Origin: Trichomonas gallinae
Taxonomy: Eukaryota
DNA length: 48,707 nt
NCBI GenBank assembly: GCA_008369845.1
Contig: MRSU01010908.1
Location: 1 to 48,707 of the forward strand
Reading direction: 5' to 3'
The position numbers and the translations under genes were made by a program. The notes beneath the pieces were generated by a model that did not search any database, was not told the DNA's origin, and saw only the letters and a list, made by a program, of their open reading frames with translations. Position 1 is the stretch's first letter, and every line of letters starts with the position of its first letter. Positions 10,210-21,107 of this stretch are shown one piece after another.

Positions 10210-11690
10210 ATGAAAAGTAACAAATTGGTGGTTAACCTCGATCCAAAGAGTGTTAAACACTTCATTAGAACAACAGACAACATAGACAAGGTAATTCATT
10301 AATTTATTTATTTCATTCATCATCATATTTACGAAATTCATTCTAATTTTCATGGAATTCTTCATATTTTTATAAAACACTTCTAAGATTATGCATTGAA
10401 TACGGCCAAATTGAATCTGTTGATATTTTACTTAAAAATGGCGCGAAAGGAAGAAATTTAATAAGATCTGCTGTGCGAAAAAGCCAAATACCGATGATTG
10501 AGTATTTGATTTCGCATGGATTCAACATAGAAGAATCATCGCCAGATACACCATCGCCTCTTAACACAGCAATCATTGAAAATAAATTTGATATAGTGAA
10601 GTTACTTCTCGAAAAGGGTGCAGATCCAACAGAATGCGGAGATCAGACGCCTGTATCGTACGCAGTGAACGCAGACAATACAGAGATATTAGAATTATTA
10701 TTAAAGTCTGATGCTCCTCCTTCGCCGATGCTGTGCAAAATATCACCATTAATTATGGCCATCAGGTCAAATAAACTAGAAATCGTTAAGCTTTTACTTA
10801 AGTATGGTGTTGATCCAAATAATTCGCAAAAATCGAAAGTTGGAAAGAAAATTTTCGCTGTCTCAGTTGCTTTGACACACAAATCATACAATAGCTTCAT
10901 ATTATTAGTAATGTGCGGGGCAAAAACAGATAAAATTCAAGGAAAAAAGATTCCACGCAGTATTATTCGTGCTGCACGCAAATTTAACTTACCACCAATC
11001 AAGAAAGGCAAGCATCCATATGCTGTACAAATTAGTAACCTTTACGAGAATATTTCCGAATATTCAGACGAAATTCAACAAATCAAAATTAAAACAACAA
11101 GAAATGCTGATTTTTCTGACTTGAATTTCAAAGAAAATCTCGAATTTGTCAATAGTATATATAAGAAAGCTATTACACTCGTTGAAAAAATTATTTTATT
11201 AAATAATAAGCTTAAAGTATTGCGATCACCAGTTATTGCTGAACAATTACAGTTATATGAAACATTTATCGGTGCAAATCAAATAGATACATTAGATTTA
11301 ACAGAGTATTTCGATTCAGAATCATTAGAAACAATTAAAACAAATCGTCGCAAGCTTTACGAGCTAGGTATATCTATATCACGCATGAATAGTGTTAATT
11401 CTTACGCTTATGATGTTTTCGAGAGACTTAAATCATATACAGAAGAATTTCATCAGTTAATCTTGAAAACAATTGATGTAACTGAAGAAAAACTCACTAA
11501 AACTGTCAATGACCAAGCACTTCTTTTGCGTGCTGGTCTTTCATCGCCTCAATGCCAGATTTTGCTTGAATCACTTCCATTTAGAATAAAAGTTCTCCAA
11601 AGACAAAAAGAACCGGTAGAACAGAGTAAGCAAAAGCTTGCCAAGATGAGTATTGATATGTGCAAAGCAATGAGACAATGTTACAAATAA
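10210..11690 (+). CDS. Ankyrin-repeat protein with C-terminal helical/coiled-coil region; probably two exons (10210-10290 and 10356-11690)
   Basis: Ankyrin repeats SPLNTAI...LLEKGAD, TPVSYAV and SPLIMAI...LLKYGVD. The frame stays open and ankyrin-like upstream of the track's GTG start (KTLLRLCIEYGQIESVDILLKNGA) back to a TAA at 10344 with no ATG. A TCATA-preceded ATG at 10210 opens a 27-codon segment ending AAG|GTAATT. The 5' structure is uncertain. Confidence 0.75.
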
Positions 11691-11914
11691 TTATATTATT
11701 TTAATGCAAAAATTTACAGAGATCGATAATTTTCTGTTATAAAATGTTGTTTTAATTTCAAAAATCAAAATGATTTTAATTCATTTTAATATTAAAGAAT
11801 GATTTATTATCTTTATTCTGATTAACACAGGATTGAATAGATGAATCTATTTGCAAAAGAATTGCGCATTATTTTTGAGAAATGTTTATTATTTAAAAAT
11901 TATTAGTTTGAAAA

Positions 11915-12653
11915 GATGATTTGTGAATCTTTCAATTGATATTAGTAGTATTTAATGATATTTCAATGATAATTATTGCCTAATAACAAATTTTGCACAC
12001 TAATAACGAATTAGAAGTCTGTTCACTGAAAAGTGATATCTATGACCTACATGTGCTACTATTAAGATAGTTCAACGAAAGAATTACTTCACTTACTGGA
12101 TGAAATTGAGAGCAGCATTGGAAAAAGTAACGCGCGGATCTCTAATGGAAAAGAAGTAAACCAGAGTCATGCGTGAGATTAATTGAAGAACTGCTTTGCT
12201 GCAATTTTGTTTGATTGAATATGAGCAAACTCTAAAGGTAAAAAACATATCGTATTTGGAAAAAGTTCAGATGTATACACGTTTATCAATAAGTATGGAG
12301 CAAGAAAAGTCCTATCAAACTCCCGCCACGTTTCACTGTTTGAATTAGCCTCTATGGTTTGGGGTCTGAGATAATGGTGGATCCATATTATACACTAACT
12401 GGGGATTCTAAAAATCATATTTTTATAAAATGTAGCGCATTTTTGATACAAGTGTATTTGACGAAGTTCAATTATTGACATCATCTTAAAAACCTTAAAT
12501 TTGTCATTGATGTCGATCAAATTCCAGAAAAAAAAACGAAATCTTTTTGTTTTTACTAATTTTTATTTGTTTAACTTGATGATTTGTGAATATATTAGTT
12601 GATATTATTTAATGATGTTCCAATAATAATCACTGCCAGAAAACAAGTTTTGC
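11915..12653. repeat. Imperfect direct repeats of 82 and 76 bp (11915-11996, 12578-12653) flanking ~580 bp
   Basis: gatgatttgtgaat...ttgatatt(agtagt)atttaatgat.tt.caat.ataat.a.tgcc..a.aacaa.ttttgc aligns with a single 6-bp indel. Confidence 0.75.
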
Positions 12654-13364
12654 GAAATGAAATTTACAATTTTGAGAGAATTTATCAAATATTTAATTGA
12701 GTTATAACGTGGTCTTGTTATTTATGGCCAACATATTACATATTTCAAGGAATAAATGTGATGGCCAATTTATTTCAAAAAAATTTCAATGATAAACAAA
12801 ATTTGGCCATTTTTCAATGATTGTTTGTTCATTTAGATTTCTATTTTATTATACCTATAAACACAGCTTAGTAATAACGAATTAATGTCCAAAATTGAAA
12901 AATAAACAGTATTTTTCAATAAAAATGATATGAATCTCTCATAATCAGATTATTATTTAACATAAATTAATCATATCCATTTCCTCAAAGTTATCAAGCA
13001 GATTTACATCAATGACATTATATAATTCAAGAATTTTTAAAAATATAATAAATTTCAACATATCAATTATGAATTTCTTCACACATTGTATCAATCACAA
13101 AATCAATTACATATATATGATTTATATTTCATAAATCAAATTTAAAAATGGAATTCAATAACATATTTTCGTACAAATACAATTGAACCTAGAAATCATT
13201 ATATCATCAACAACATACAGTGTAATACAAGCGTTTTGCACCATAAAAATCATCAATATTTTCAGATAAAAATAAAAATTTTACCGAGATGAAATAAACT
13301 TTTATTTGGTGATAATGAAATAAGATATAGCTCCTGCTATACCTGGTCCAACAGATATGCTTTT

Positions 13365-13850
13365 CTAGAGCATTTCTATTGATGGGATACCTCCCATAAT
13401 ATCCCAGCTGACCGGCGTATCGCCGAAGTTTATTGACTGGAAGAAATCATCACCGAGGGAATCTAAGTTGATTTCCTCTGGCGTAGACATATTCTGGACT
13501 TTGCTCTCTTCCCTCTTCATAGCGAGCCACCTGTTCTTGCAGTTTGTATTAGTTCTTCCTGTGAAAAACTTTGCAATCTTCTGCCATTTAGTACCTAATT
13601 CAGAAACCTTTTCTTTCAGAAGTTTGTCTTCTTCTTTTGACCATTCTCCGTTATTCACTTCTGGACATAAGTAGTAAAACCACCTTTCCTTGCATTGCCT
13701 CGGGTTTCTGTTGACCATTCTTTTAGCCACTAAGTTCCAATCAACGTTTTTGTTTGCAGAAACAAGACGAATGAGAGCAGCATCTTCTTCAGGTCTCCAT
13801 TTGTTGTGCTTGTGTTTGGGAAGGACGTAGTAATCATCAGACTCCTTCAT
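13365..13850 (-). CDS. R2R3 Myb DNA-binding protein
   Basis: KWRPEEDAAL...W..VA..M..RNPRQCKERW..YL.P...GEWSKEED..L......G.KW..IA..F.GRT...CKNRW; TCATT Inr-like motif upstream. Confidence 0.96.
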   Translation of the reverse strand: MKESDDYYVLPKHKHNKWRPEEDAALIRLVSANKNVDWNLVAKRMVNRNPRQCKERWFYYLCPEVNNGEWSKEEDKLLKEKVSELGTKWQKIAKFFTGRTNTNCKNRWLAMKREESKVQNMSTPEEINLDSLGDDFFQSINFGDTPVSWDIMGGIPSIEML

Positions 13851-14592
13851 TCTCTACTGAAAATGAGCCAATAGTTTGAATTGCAACAATTTTTGAATGC
13901 ATTATCAAATATTTGTGTTGTTCAAATAACTCACTCAAAACTTTGTGATTAGCGTTTATTCAATTTTTTACCATTCAATGTTTTACAGGTTTGCCATAAA
14001 TATTTAGATCTATGGAAACAGCAACCGAACAATACGATTTCAGAAATTTACAAAAAGTATTTTTTCAGAATCATACCGGCGCAGAATTTCACTGTTTTAT
14101 CCAATTAATCCATCAAACAGAGGAACAGATAATGACTTTAAATTGCAACAAAATGTCCGCCTTGTTGTCACTTTATTGAGTCTCCTGCTGCTGACAACGA
14201 ACAAATACGCTCAAAATATGCAATCAACATATTGCTAAGCTATTATTGCTTTTGAATGGATTTGGATACCACCAAACTATTATCTTTTGCATTGTGTATA
14301 TTATAGTTTATGGACTATTTTTGGAATTATGAAAAATATTTTTAAATTGAAATTTGAATTTTTCAAAATTTTGTAACAATATTGATAATATATATATAAA
14401 TTTTGAATCTAATTATAAATATTCGTTGTTATTGGCTATTTATTAGTTTTTTAATGAGAATATCACGAATATGTATTTTTTTCATTGCTTAATATAAAAA
14501 ATATCGTGCAATATATATTCACTACTTTTTATTATAACTTTAATACATTTAATATAGCTATATCTCCTCATGACAAAAAAACATAATATTAA

Positions 14593-16149
14593 TTAGAAGC
14601 CTTGACCCTTTGGAGGCCCACCATATGGCATTTGGCCGTAGTTAGGCTGTCCATACTTAGTCTGTGAAGGCGAATTCGGGACTGCGCCGAATGCAGTATA
14701 ATTTTGTTGTGGCTGGCCGTAAACAGTCTGTCCATACGGCTGCTGTGGTGCTGCTGATCCAAATGGCTTTATACCTCCATAATTAGCATCATATCCTTTA
14801 GGAACTCCATAAGCAGTAGATCCGTACATAGAAGGCTGCGCTGGAGCTCCATATGGCACGTTCTGTGGTTGTGTGTATGTGGATGAACCACCAGGGGTTC
14901 CATAGACCGATTGCGGCGAAGTAAACTGCGAAGCACTATATGTTGGCTTAGATTGCGGCTGTCCGAAGGTAGAACCGCCAGAAATTGGAGCAGTTGATTG
15001 TGAAGATGGCGACTGTCCGAATGATGGCGGCATATTTGGTGCTTGCACGTAGGATGATCCAGAATATTGAGAATATCCAGAGCCAAATGGAGTTGAGGCC
15101 TGAGGAGGCGTAAACACAGCGCTTGGCGATGAAAATGAAGACTTGTTATTGTAAGAATAAGCTCCGCCGAATGTTGTCGTAGATGTAGATCCGAAAGATT
15201 GATTTGATGGATTTGTGAAGGTAGAAGATGACGGAGATGAGAAAACACTCTGAGAACTCTGCGAATAACCAGAGAAAGAGTTGACAGGAGCAACATAGCT
15301 TGTTTTTGATGGCGGTCTTGCAGTTTGGTTCAATCTTTCGTCCTTTGGAATGGCTCTAACGACTTCTAATATCTTGCCTTCGATGACTTTGCCGTTTAAG
15401 GCCTGAATTGCGCGAACAGCAGAATCATGATCAATCATGTTGCAAAATCCAGAAGTTCCGTCTGGAAGCATTTTTGTAGAGATAACCACACCGAATTCGC
15501 TAAACAAATTGCGTAAATCTGTTTCGTTTTTGATTGAGTTTGGAAGATTGCGAATAAAAATGTTTGTAAATATGTCATCGGTTGGCGTTTGAGCCTTACT
15601 AGACGATTTATCCGCGCGAGAAGGTGCTGGTTTCGCTTTGTAAGGTTCAACAGTGATTTTCTTTCCATTTATCACAGCGTCGTTTAATTCCTGTTTGGCC
15701 TTATCGGCATCAGCTGGATCGCGGAACTGCACGTAAGCGAAGCCTTTATTCGTGCCGTCTGCGTTTGTAGGCATTTTACAAGAAATAACCTCACCATACG
15801 TCTGAAATAACTCATGAAGTTGCGATACTTCAATATACACATCAAGGCCACGCACATACAAGTTTCCCTCACCAGATTTAATCAAATTTTGATATTCTTG
15901 CGTTGTTGGCGTAATGACCATTGGTGTTCCGTTCAGTTTAGTATAGTTAAACTCTCTTATGCACTTCAATGCTGCCTGCGCATCTTCAAAAGTCACAAAT
16001 GCATAATTTCCTCCTTTAGGTCTTTCTTTTAGAACAACGTTGACAACCTCTCCGCATTCCTGCAGCAGCAGCTTGATGAAATCCGACGTTATTCCTGCAG
16101 GCAAGTTCGAAATGTGAACAACTCGATCAGAGTTTTGCTCGTAGGACAT
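14593..16149 (-). CDS. Three-RRM RNA-binding protein (PABP-like RRMs) with an S/Y/G/Q/P-rich low-complexity tail
   Basis: RNP motifs VHISNL/YAFVTF, LYVRGL/KGFAYVQF and IFIRNL/SGFCNM. Likely ATG 16149 directly after AAAGTGACA (alternative ATG 16179). Confidence 0.9.
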   Translation of the reverse strand: MSYEQNSDRVVHISNLPAGITSDFIKLLLQECGEVVNVVLKERPKGGNYAFVTFEDAQAALKCIREFNYTKLNGTPMVITPTTQEYQNLIKSGEGNLYVRGLDVYIEVSQLHELFQTYGEVISCKMPTNADGTNKGFAYVQFRDPADADKAKQELNDAVINGKKITVEPYKAKPAPSRADKSSSKAQTPTDDIFTNIFIRNLPNSIKNETDLRNLFSEFGVVISTKMLPDGTSGFCNMIDHDSAVRAIQALNGKVIEGKILEVVRAIPKDERLNQTARPPSKTSYVAPVNSFSGYSQSSQSVFSSPSSSTFTNPSNQSFGSTSTTTFGGAYSYNNKSSFSSPSAVFTPPQASTPFGSGYSQYSGSSYVQAPNMPPSFGQSPSSQSTAPISGGSTFGQPQSKPTYSASQFTSPQSVYGTPGGSSTYTQPQNVPYGAPAQPSMYGSTAYGVPKGYDANYGGIKPFGSAAPQQPYGQTVYGQPQQNYTAFGAVPNSPSQTKYGQPNYGQMPYGGPPKGQGF

Positions 16150-16827
16150 TGTCACTTTTCTACTACATGAAAGTTCCATAATATTTTGGATATGATATGT
16201 ATATAATATTTCAGATCTAATTTTAAGATTTGACAAAAATATTAATTTTTGACAAATAAAGTTAGTTTACAAACAATATGTCAAAACCTCATTTATCAAA
16301 TCTTTTCTTCATTCAAATTTTGTGAATTTTTAACGTTCATCAAAATTTAAAATCGAAAAAGATTCAAAAAATCTTATATAATTGGCCGAGCGTTTAGTTC
16401 GACCAAATATGTAAGAATTTTTAAAATTTGTTACTTTACAAGATATATTTTGACAAGTAAATTTTGTCATTTTTTCCCATATGTTTGATGAAACACAATA
16501 ATATTGACTAAGAATGTCGAGATTTGAGATACCAAAAACACTTGGTTAGGATATTGAAGATTATCACTTATATATGCTGAGATCTGCATCATTATCAGCA
16601 AAGAGCAACTTCTCTCATTGTAAACTACAGTTAATTCGAGTGGATAATAACCAAATGTATTTATTTAGTGCATATACTAATATATTCATATTTTTAATCG
16701 ATTTATTTTCCATTTATTTCTATGATGCCGATATCTATAATATAATAATGATATACACGAAGAAGAATAAAACATGTGATTCAATTTTTATATACAACAA
16801 AATATAATCTATAAATATATAAACAAT

Positions 16828-18237
16828 CTATGATTTGATGTTTGCACGAACAAAGGACGTCATTTTCTCCAGTGTGTCATTGTCTGGTTCAAACTTCTTC
16901 CCTAGGACAGATAAAGCAACTTGATAACTTGTGAAATCTGTTGAGCTGTGCTCAAGTCCTAGGAGGCAAGTGTTATCTTTTGGAGCGTTCTGAAACTTTA
17001 TACATTTGAGTTCGTGATCCAATGCGCCAGCAATTGCAGCAATAAATAATATATACCAAACTCTATGCAGTGTGGCCTCTTTAATTGTACCAGGATAAAT
17101 CTGTTGGACAGTTTCTGCAACATGAAGTATCCACATCTTCATATCATTAACTTTCTCTTTGGTCGGTTGAGCATCTGCGAAGAAAACTTCAAAGAAACAC
17201 ATGGAATTATCAATCAAGTCCTGAAGAAGTGCTTCTGGAAGCTCTGGTCTCTCTTTTAACTTTGCACTCACGTTTGATACAAATAATGTCCAGCATTTCA
17301 ACTGATCACAAAGATTTTGCGATGATGGACCAGTCCATTCAATTGTTGAGAAGCAGGCGAAAATGTATCTGCGGCAGAAATTCCTTTGACCGTCTATTAA
17401 CTGAGAAAATGAATCATTAATATGTGTTTTGATTACCGAAAATCCTTGCATCAACGGTGATGTCGAGAAAACACTAAACTTGTAGAGTTTATCGAGAAGT
17501 TGGTCATTAAGATCAAGATTTGAATAATAATCTAAAACTTCTTCGCAGATCTCTCTAAACTTAGCTGGTGGTAATCTGAGGTTGCCATTGCATGCTTCTA
17601 CAAGCCAAACAAAACGATGTGGATCGAATTCAGGTAATGTCACGAAACTCACTAAAATCTTCTTAACAAATGCATGATAATCAGGATTATTGCTTTCATA
17701 TGTTGGAGAAAGGCCACATGCACGCACAAATCCTGCAACTCCGTAGAAATTATCAACTAATGATTCTTCATTCGGATTTTTCCAGTCGCAAACATTTGAT
17801 TCCATGAAAGCTTTAACACCAAATTCGAATAGAAAGTTCGGAGAGAAGAATAATGAACAGATTTCTTGGTTTTGTTTCATCGTAACTCGAATTGACATTT
17901 GAGCTTGTGTATGCATTATAGACCACAACTCTTCTTTGTTTTGAACGATTTCGGACAATCTAGTAAGCCATTCTTTAAAATCTTCGAATACAGTGGCAAG
18001 TTCGAGGTTTCTGATGATATTGTTCTTTGCATCTGTCTTTAAAGTGTCAAATTGTTTTGTAAAATCCTCGGGAAGCTCATATTTATTGCTATTGTTAAAT
18101 TTTAATAATAGTTTGAAAAGGTAAATGAACTGACCCCACTGGCTATTTATCAAGTAATCATGGCACTCATTGACCCTGGATATACAGTTATCAATTTTAA
18201 TGTCTCCTGATGGTAGTTCTTCGACTTCAAAATTCAT
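16828..18237 (-). CDS. Hypothetical protein, 469 aa, probably alpha-helical
   Basis: Long ATG-initiated ORF with coding-like composition; no motif recognised. Confidence 0.8.
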   Translation of the reverse strand: MNFEVEELPSGDIKIDNCISRVNECHDYLINSQWGQFIYLFKLLLKFNNSNKYELPEDFTKQFDTLKTDAKNNIIRNLELATVFEDFKEWLTRLSEIVQNKEELWSIMHTQAQMSIRVTMKQNQEICSLFFSPNFLFEFGVKAFMESNVCDWKNPNEESLVDNFYGVAGFVRACGLSPTYESNNPDYHAFVKKILVSFVTLPEFDPHRFVWLVEACNGNLRLPPAKFREICEEVLDYYSNLDLNDQLLDKLYKFSVFSTSPLMQGFSVIKTHINDSFSQLIDGQRNFCRRYIFACFSTIEWTGPSSQNLCDQLKCWTLFVSNVSAKLKERPELPEALLQDLIDNSMCFFEVFFADAQPTKEKVNDMKMWILHVAETVQQIYPGTIKEATLHRVWYILFIAAIAGALDHELKCIKFQNAPKDNTCLLGLEHSSTDFTSYQVALSVLGKKFEPDNDTLEKMTSFVRANIKS

Positions 18238-18701
18238 TTCTTAAAAAAAACGTGAAAAATTTGAATAATTTACAAAATTTTGTAAAATTATGTAAAGATA
18301 TCAAAATTTTGTCAATAGTGAAAAGTTCAAACTTTTATATTACAACAAGCAGAAAAATAATGATCAAATTTAGCACTGACACAATATCAAGAAATATAGA
18401 TCACTGGACAGCTTTGATTGTTGCTTCATGAAAAGTAAATCATGTTAGTACTCAAAATTCACATAACCCCAAATTTTGACAACCAAAATAAGGAGAAAAA
18501 TATTCTTGGTTTGGGTATCCGGAATTGTCATTATTTAAATTTAGATGCATCCTCTTTATATTTGAGCACTATAAAATATGATCTGAGTCAATATATATGT
18601 ATATCATATGATTTCATATCCACTGTAGAATGAATATTTTTTTTGATATGATAGATTAAATTAATTATAAATCCGATGTTTACATAACAAATATAGTTCA
18701 A

Positions 18702-21107
18702 TTATTTCTTAGCTGGCGCGGCTTTCTTCTTTGCTGGTGCTGCATCTTTCTTGGCCGGCGCTGGCTTCTTTGCTGGAGCTGCTTTCTTTGTTGGAGCCGC
18801 TGCCTTCTTTGCTGGTGCTGCCTTTTTCGCAGGTGCTGCTGTTTTCTTTGCAGGAGCAGTCTTCTTAGCAGGAGCTGTTTTCTTTGCAGGCGCTGTTTTC
18901 TTGGCTGGTGCTGTCTTCTTCTTAGGAGCGGCTGAACCTTCTTTCTTTGTTGACGTTGACTTCTTCTTGACGTCTTTCTTTGTAGCTAATTTCTTTGTAG
19001 ATTTAGCAACAGGCTTGGCCTTCGATGAAGATGGTCTCGCAGACTTCTTTGCCGGTGCTGCTTCAGATGAATGTTCTTGTACTGGCTCAGGTTGTGAAGG
19101 TTGATGCTGCTGCTGTTGTTCTTCGGCTGGCGTTTGCTGAAGAAATTCAGGCATCTGTTGTTGTGGAGTAGGTTGTTGGTTTGCGTCGATGACTGCTTCG
19201 GCTATAGGAGCTGGCATTGCGATGCTCTCTGGTGCCGCATGCGCGCGTGGGAAATAGTGCATCCTTTTGTCAACATTTTCACCTTTTCTGACAAGTTCTT
19301 CGATGTCAGGATCCGTCCGCCACTTGAAGAACTGCGCAATGAAGTACGTCAAGTTGTCGTAGATGCCCAGTGGCTCGTGGCACTCCGGCAATGCAGCGTC
19401 ATTGAACCTTTGAACGAATTGGATGAAGCTTCCGCCTTTCTGGCCAGGCTTCTTGAACGCGATTGCTCTTAAAATGCTTTCCATCATTTTGCAGAATCTT
19501 TCTTTCGTCACAGTTGGATATGCTGGCTCCTGGCAGACTTCTGACGCCTTGAGCAGGAAGCTCTTTAGTCTAGGATAAGCATTGCATGAGAGGCGCTGAT
19601 TGAGAGTTGAAAGCTGGGCTCCAAATTGTCCGAAAGCTGCAACAGTGCGGAAAATGTCGATGAAACCGCGAACATTCAATGGTTTCGATGGTGCTGGGAT
19701 TCCGTAGATCTCAGGCTGCTGTAGCATTGTCAATATCATGCGAGAAAGGTAGAAGTTTCCAAGGACATAGAGAACATCTTGAATCTTGTTGAAGCGAATC
19801 AATGAATAAGCGAAGAGAATCTGAGAAAAGTGTTTAATTTCTGTTGGTATGTATTCGACACAGCCACAAATGAGCTTGATTGCTGTCATTAATGGAATTT
19901 CAAGACGATCAGGGTCTGCTGCTGCTCCTTCAGCGAATATGTCCTTCGTGCAGATATAATCCATGAGCTTCTTCAGGAAATTCTCGTAGAAAGACTTGCC
20001 AAATCTGTAGAAAAATACATTTGCCATTGCTCCTAATATAGAAGGCGTTCTAAAGATGTTGTAAGCCTCTTCGGCTGTGTGTACTTCGAAAGATATGAGC
20101 TGCTGAAGCAGATTTGAGACTCTGCCGCAATGGCAGAAGACATCAAACAAAGAATCGCATAAATCGTAGCACCTTTCGTATTCTTCAGGTGGTGTGCACG
20201 ATGGGTGGCAAACACAGCGAACAACGATCATATCTTTGCAGATGACTGCTTCATATAAAGCATTATAATATTCTGCTGGAAGAGGAACTTGATATGATGA
20301 GAAGAAATATGGGAAAGGTGAATGTAGCTTTGCCAAAGCTGCTCCCCACATCTGTGCCTGGTTGATATCTACAGGCATAAATGATTTTACATCTTCTTCA
20401 AGTGTATTTGTGATAACTACTGTTTTTCCATCTTCATCAACTCTTATTCTTGAGACTTCACACTCAAATGTAAGCTCAGCTCCTGATTTTCTTAATAAAT
20501 ATAATTTAAATTTTCGATTATTATCGAGAACAGCCCAATAAGCTGTTTTATCTGGTGGTATAATACATCTGCATATAGCATTAATGCGTGAATTGCTTAA
20601 ACACGAATTTGTTGTAAATTGTTTTGGAAAAACTGAATTTGTAATCCAATATAACATTTTTTCTGGTTGTTTTGAGTGTAAGCACAAGCGAATAACAAGG
20701 TTAAGCACTGATTCAACCTGTGGAACAAGTTTTGGAAGTTGTGGTGGCCAATTTCCAGCAACATTAAGCGAAATCTTTATAGGAATTCTAGTCTTGATGT
20801 ATTGGATGAAGTCGAGGAGTAATTTTTTCTTTGTATTTAATATTTCTTCAAAAGGAATTTCTTTCACTAAATAACAGATTTCGTCAAACCAGTCAATAGG
20901 ATTTCTTTTGTTAAACGTGTGAAGTGAAGAAAAGTCATCGTTCTTGATTTTCTCTAATACTTCATCGCTGACTCGATTAAATAAAATAAATTTCTTTTCT
21001 TTATTAATTTCCGCGAACTCCGATGGTCTGATGTCATCGGGGAAGAGAAGCAAATAGTTCGTATTAAAACTCGGGGCTGGCGGAACATTTGTTTTCGTAT
21101 GACTCAT
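18702..21107 (-). CDS. PH-like plus RasGAP-like protein with a histone-H1-like Lys/Ala/Pro tail
   Basis: YWAVL...AQMW resembles PH. IFRTPS corresponds to the arginine-finger FRxNS and GNFYLSRMILTMLQQPEIYGI to FLRFxxPAIxxPxxFGI. Gln-rich linker, then PAKK repeats. Confidence 0.75.
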   Translation of the reverse strand: MSHTKTNVPPAPSFNTNYLLLFPDDIRPSEFAEINKEKKFILFNRVSDEVLEKIKNDDFSSLHTFNKRNPIDWFDEICYLVKEIPFEEILNTKKKLLLDFIQYIKTRIPIKISLNVAGNWPPQLPKLVPQVESVLNLVIRLCLHSKQPEKMLYWITNSVFPKQFTTNSCLSNSRINAICRCIIPPDKTAYWAVLDNNRKFKLYLLRKSGAELTFECEVSRIRVDEDGKTVVITNTLEEDVKSFMPVDINQAQMWGAALAKLHSPFPYFFSSYQVPLPAEYYNALYEAVICKDMIVVRCVCHPSCTPPEEYERCYDLCDSLFDVFCHCGRVSNLLQQLISFEVHTAEEAYNIFRTPSILGAMANVFFYRFGKSFYENFLKKLMDYICTKDIFAEGAAADPDRLEIPLMTAIKLICGCVEYIPTEIKHFSQILFAYSLIRFNKIQDVLYVLGNFYLSRMILTMLQQPEIYGIPAPSKPLNVRGFIDIFRTVAAFGQFGAQLSTLNQRLSCNAYPRLKSFLLKASEVCQEPAYPTVTKERFCKMMESILRAIAFKKPGQKGGSFIQFVQRFNDAALPECHEPLGIYDNLTYFIAQFFKWRTDPDIEELVRKGENVDKRMHYFPRAHAAPESIAMPAPIAEAVIDANQQPTPQQQMPEFLQQTPAEEQQQQHQPSQPEPVQEHSSEAAPAKKSARPSSSKAKPVAKSTKKLATKKDVKKKSTSTKKEGSAAPKKKTAPAKKTAPAKKTAPAKKTAPAKKTAAPAKKAAPAKKAAAPTKKAAPAKKPAPAKKDAAPAKKKAAPAKK
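18705..18932 (-). repeat. Coding tandem repeat, ~12 (T/A)APAKK units
   Basis: AAPKKK-TAPAKK x4-TAAPAKK-AAPAKK-AAAPTKK-AAPAKK-PAPAKK-DAAPAKK-KAAPAKK-stop. Confidence 0.95.

Noticed and set aside
14012..14179. 55-codon ATG ORF divergent from the Myb gene in a slightly GC-richer patch
   Set aside because: Short, with no recognisable similarity; may be regulatory or decayed sequence.
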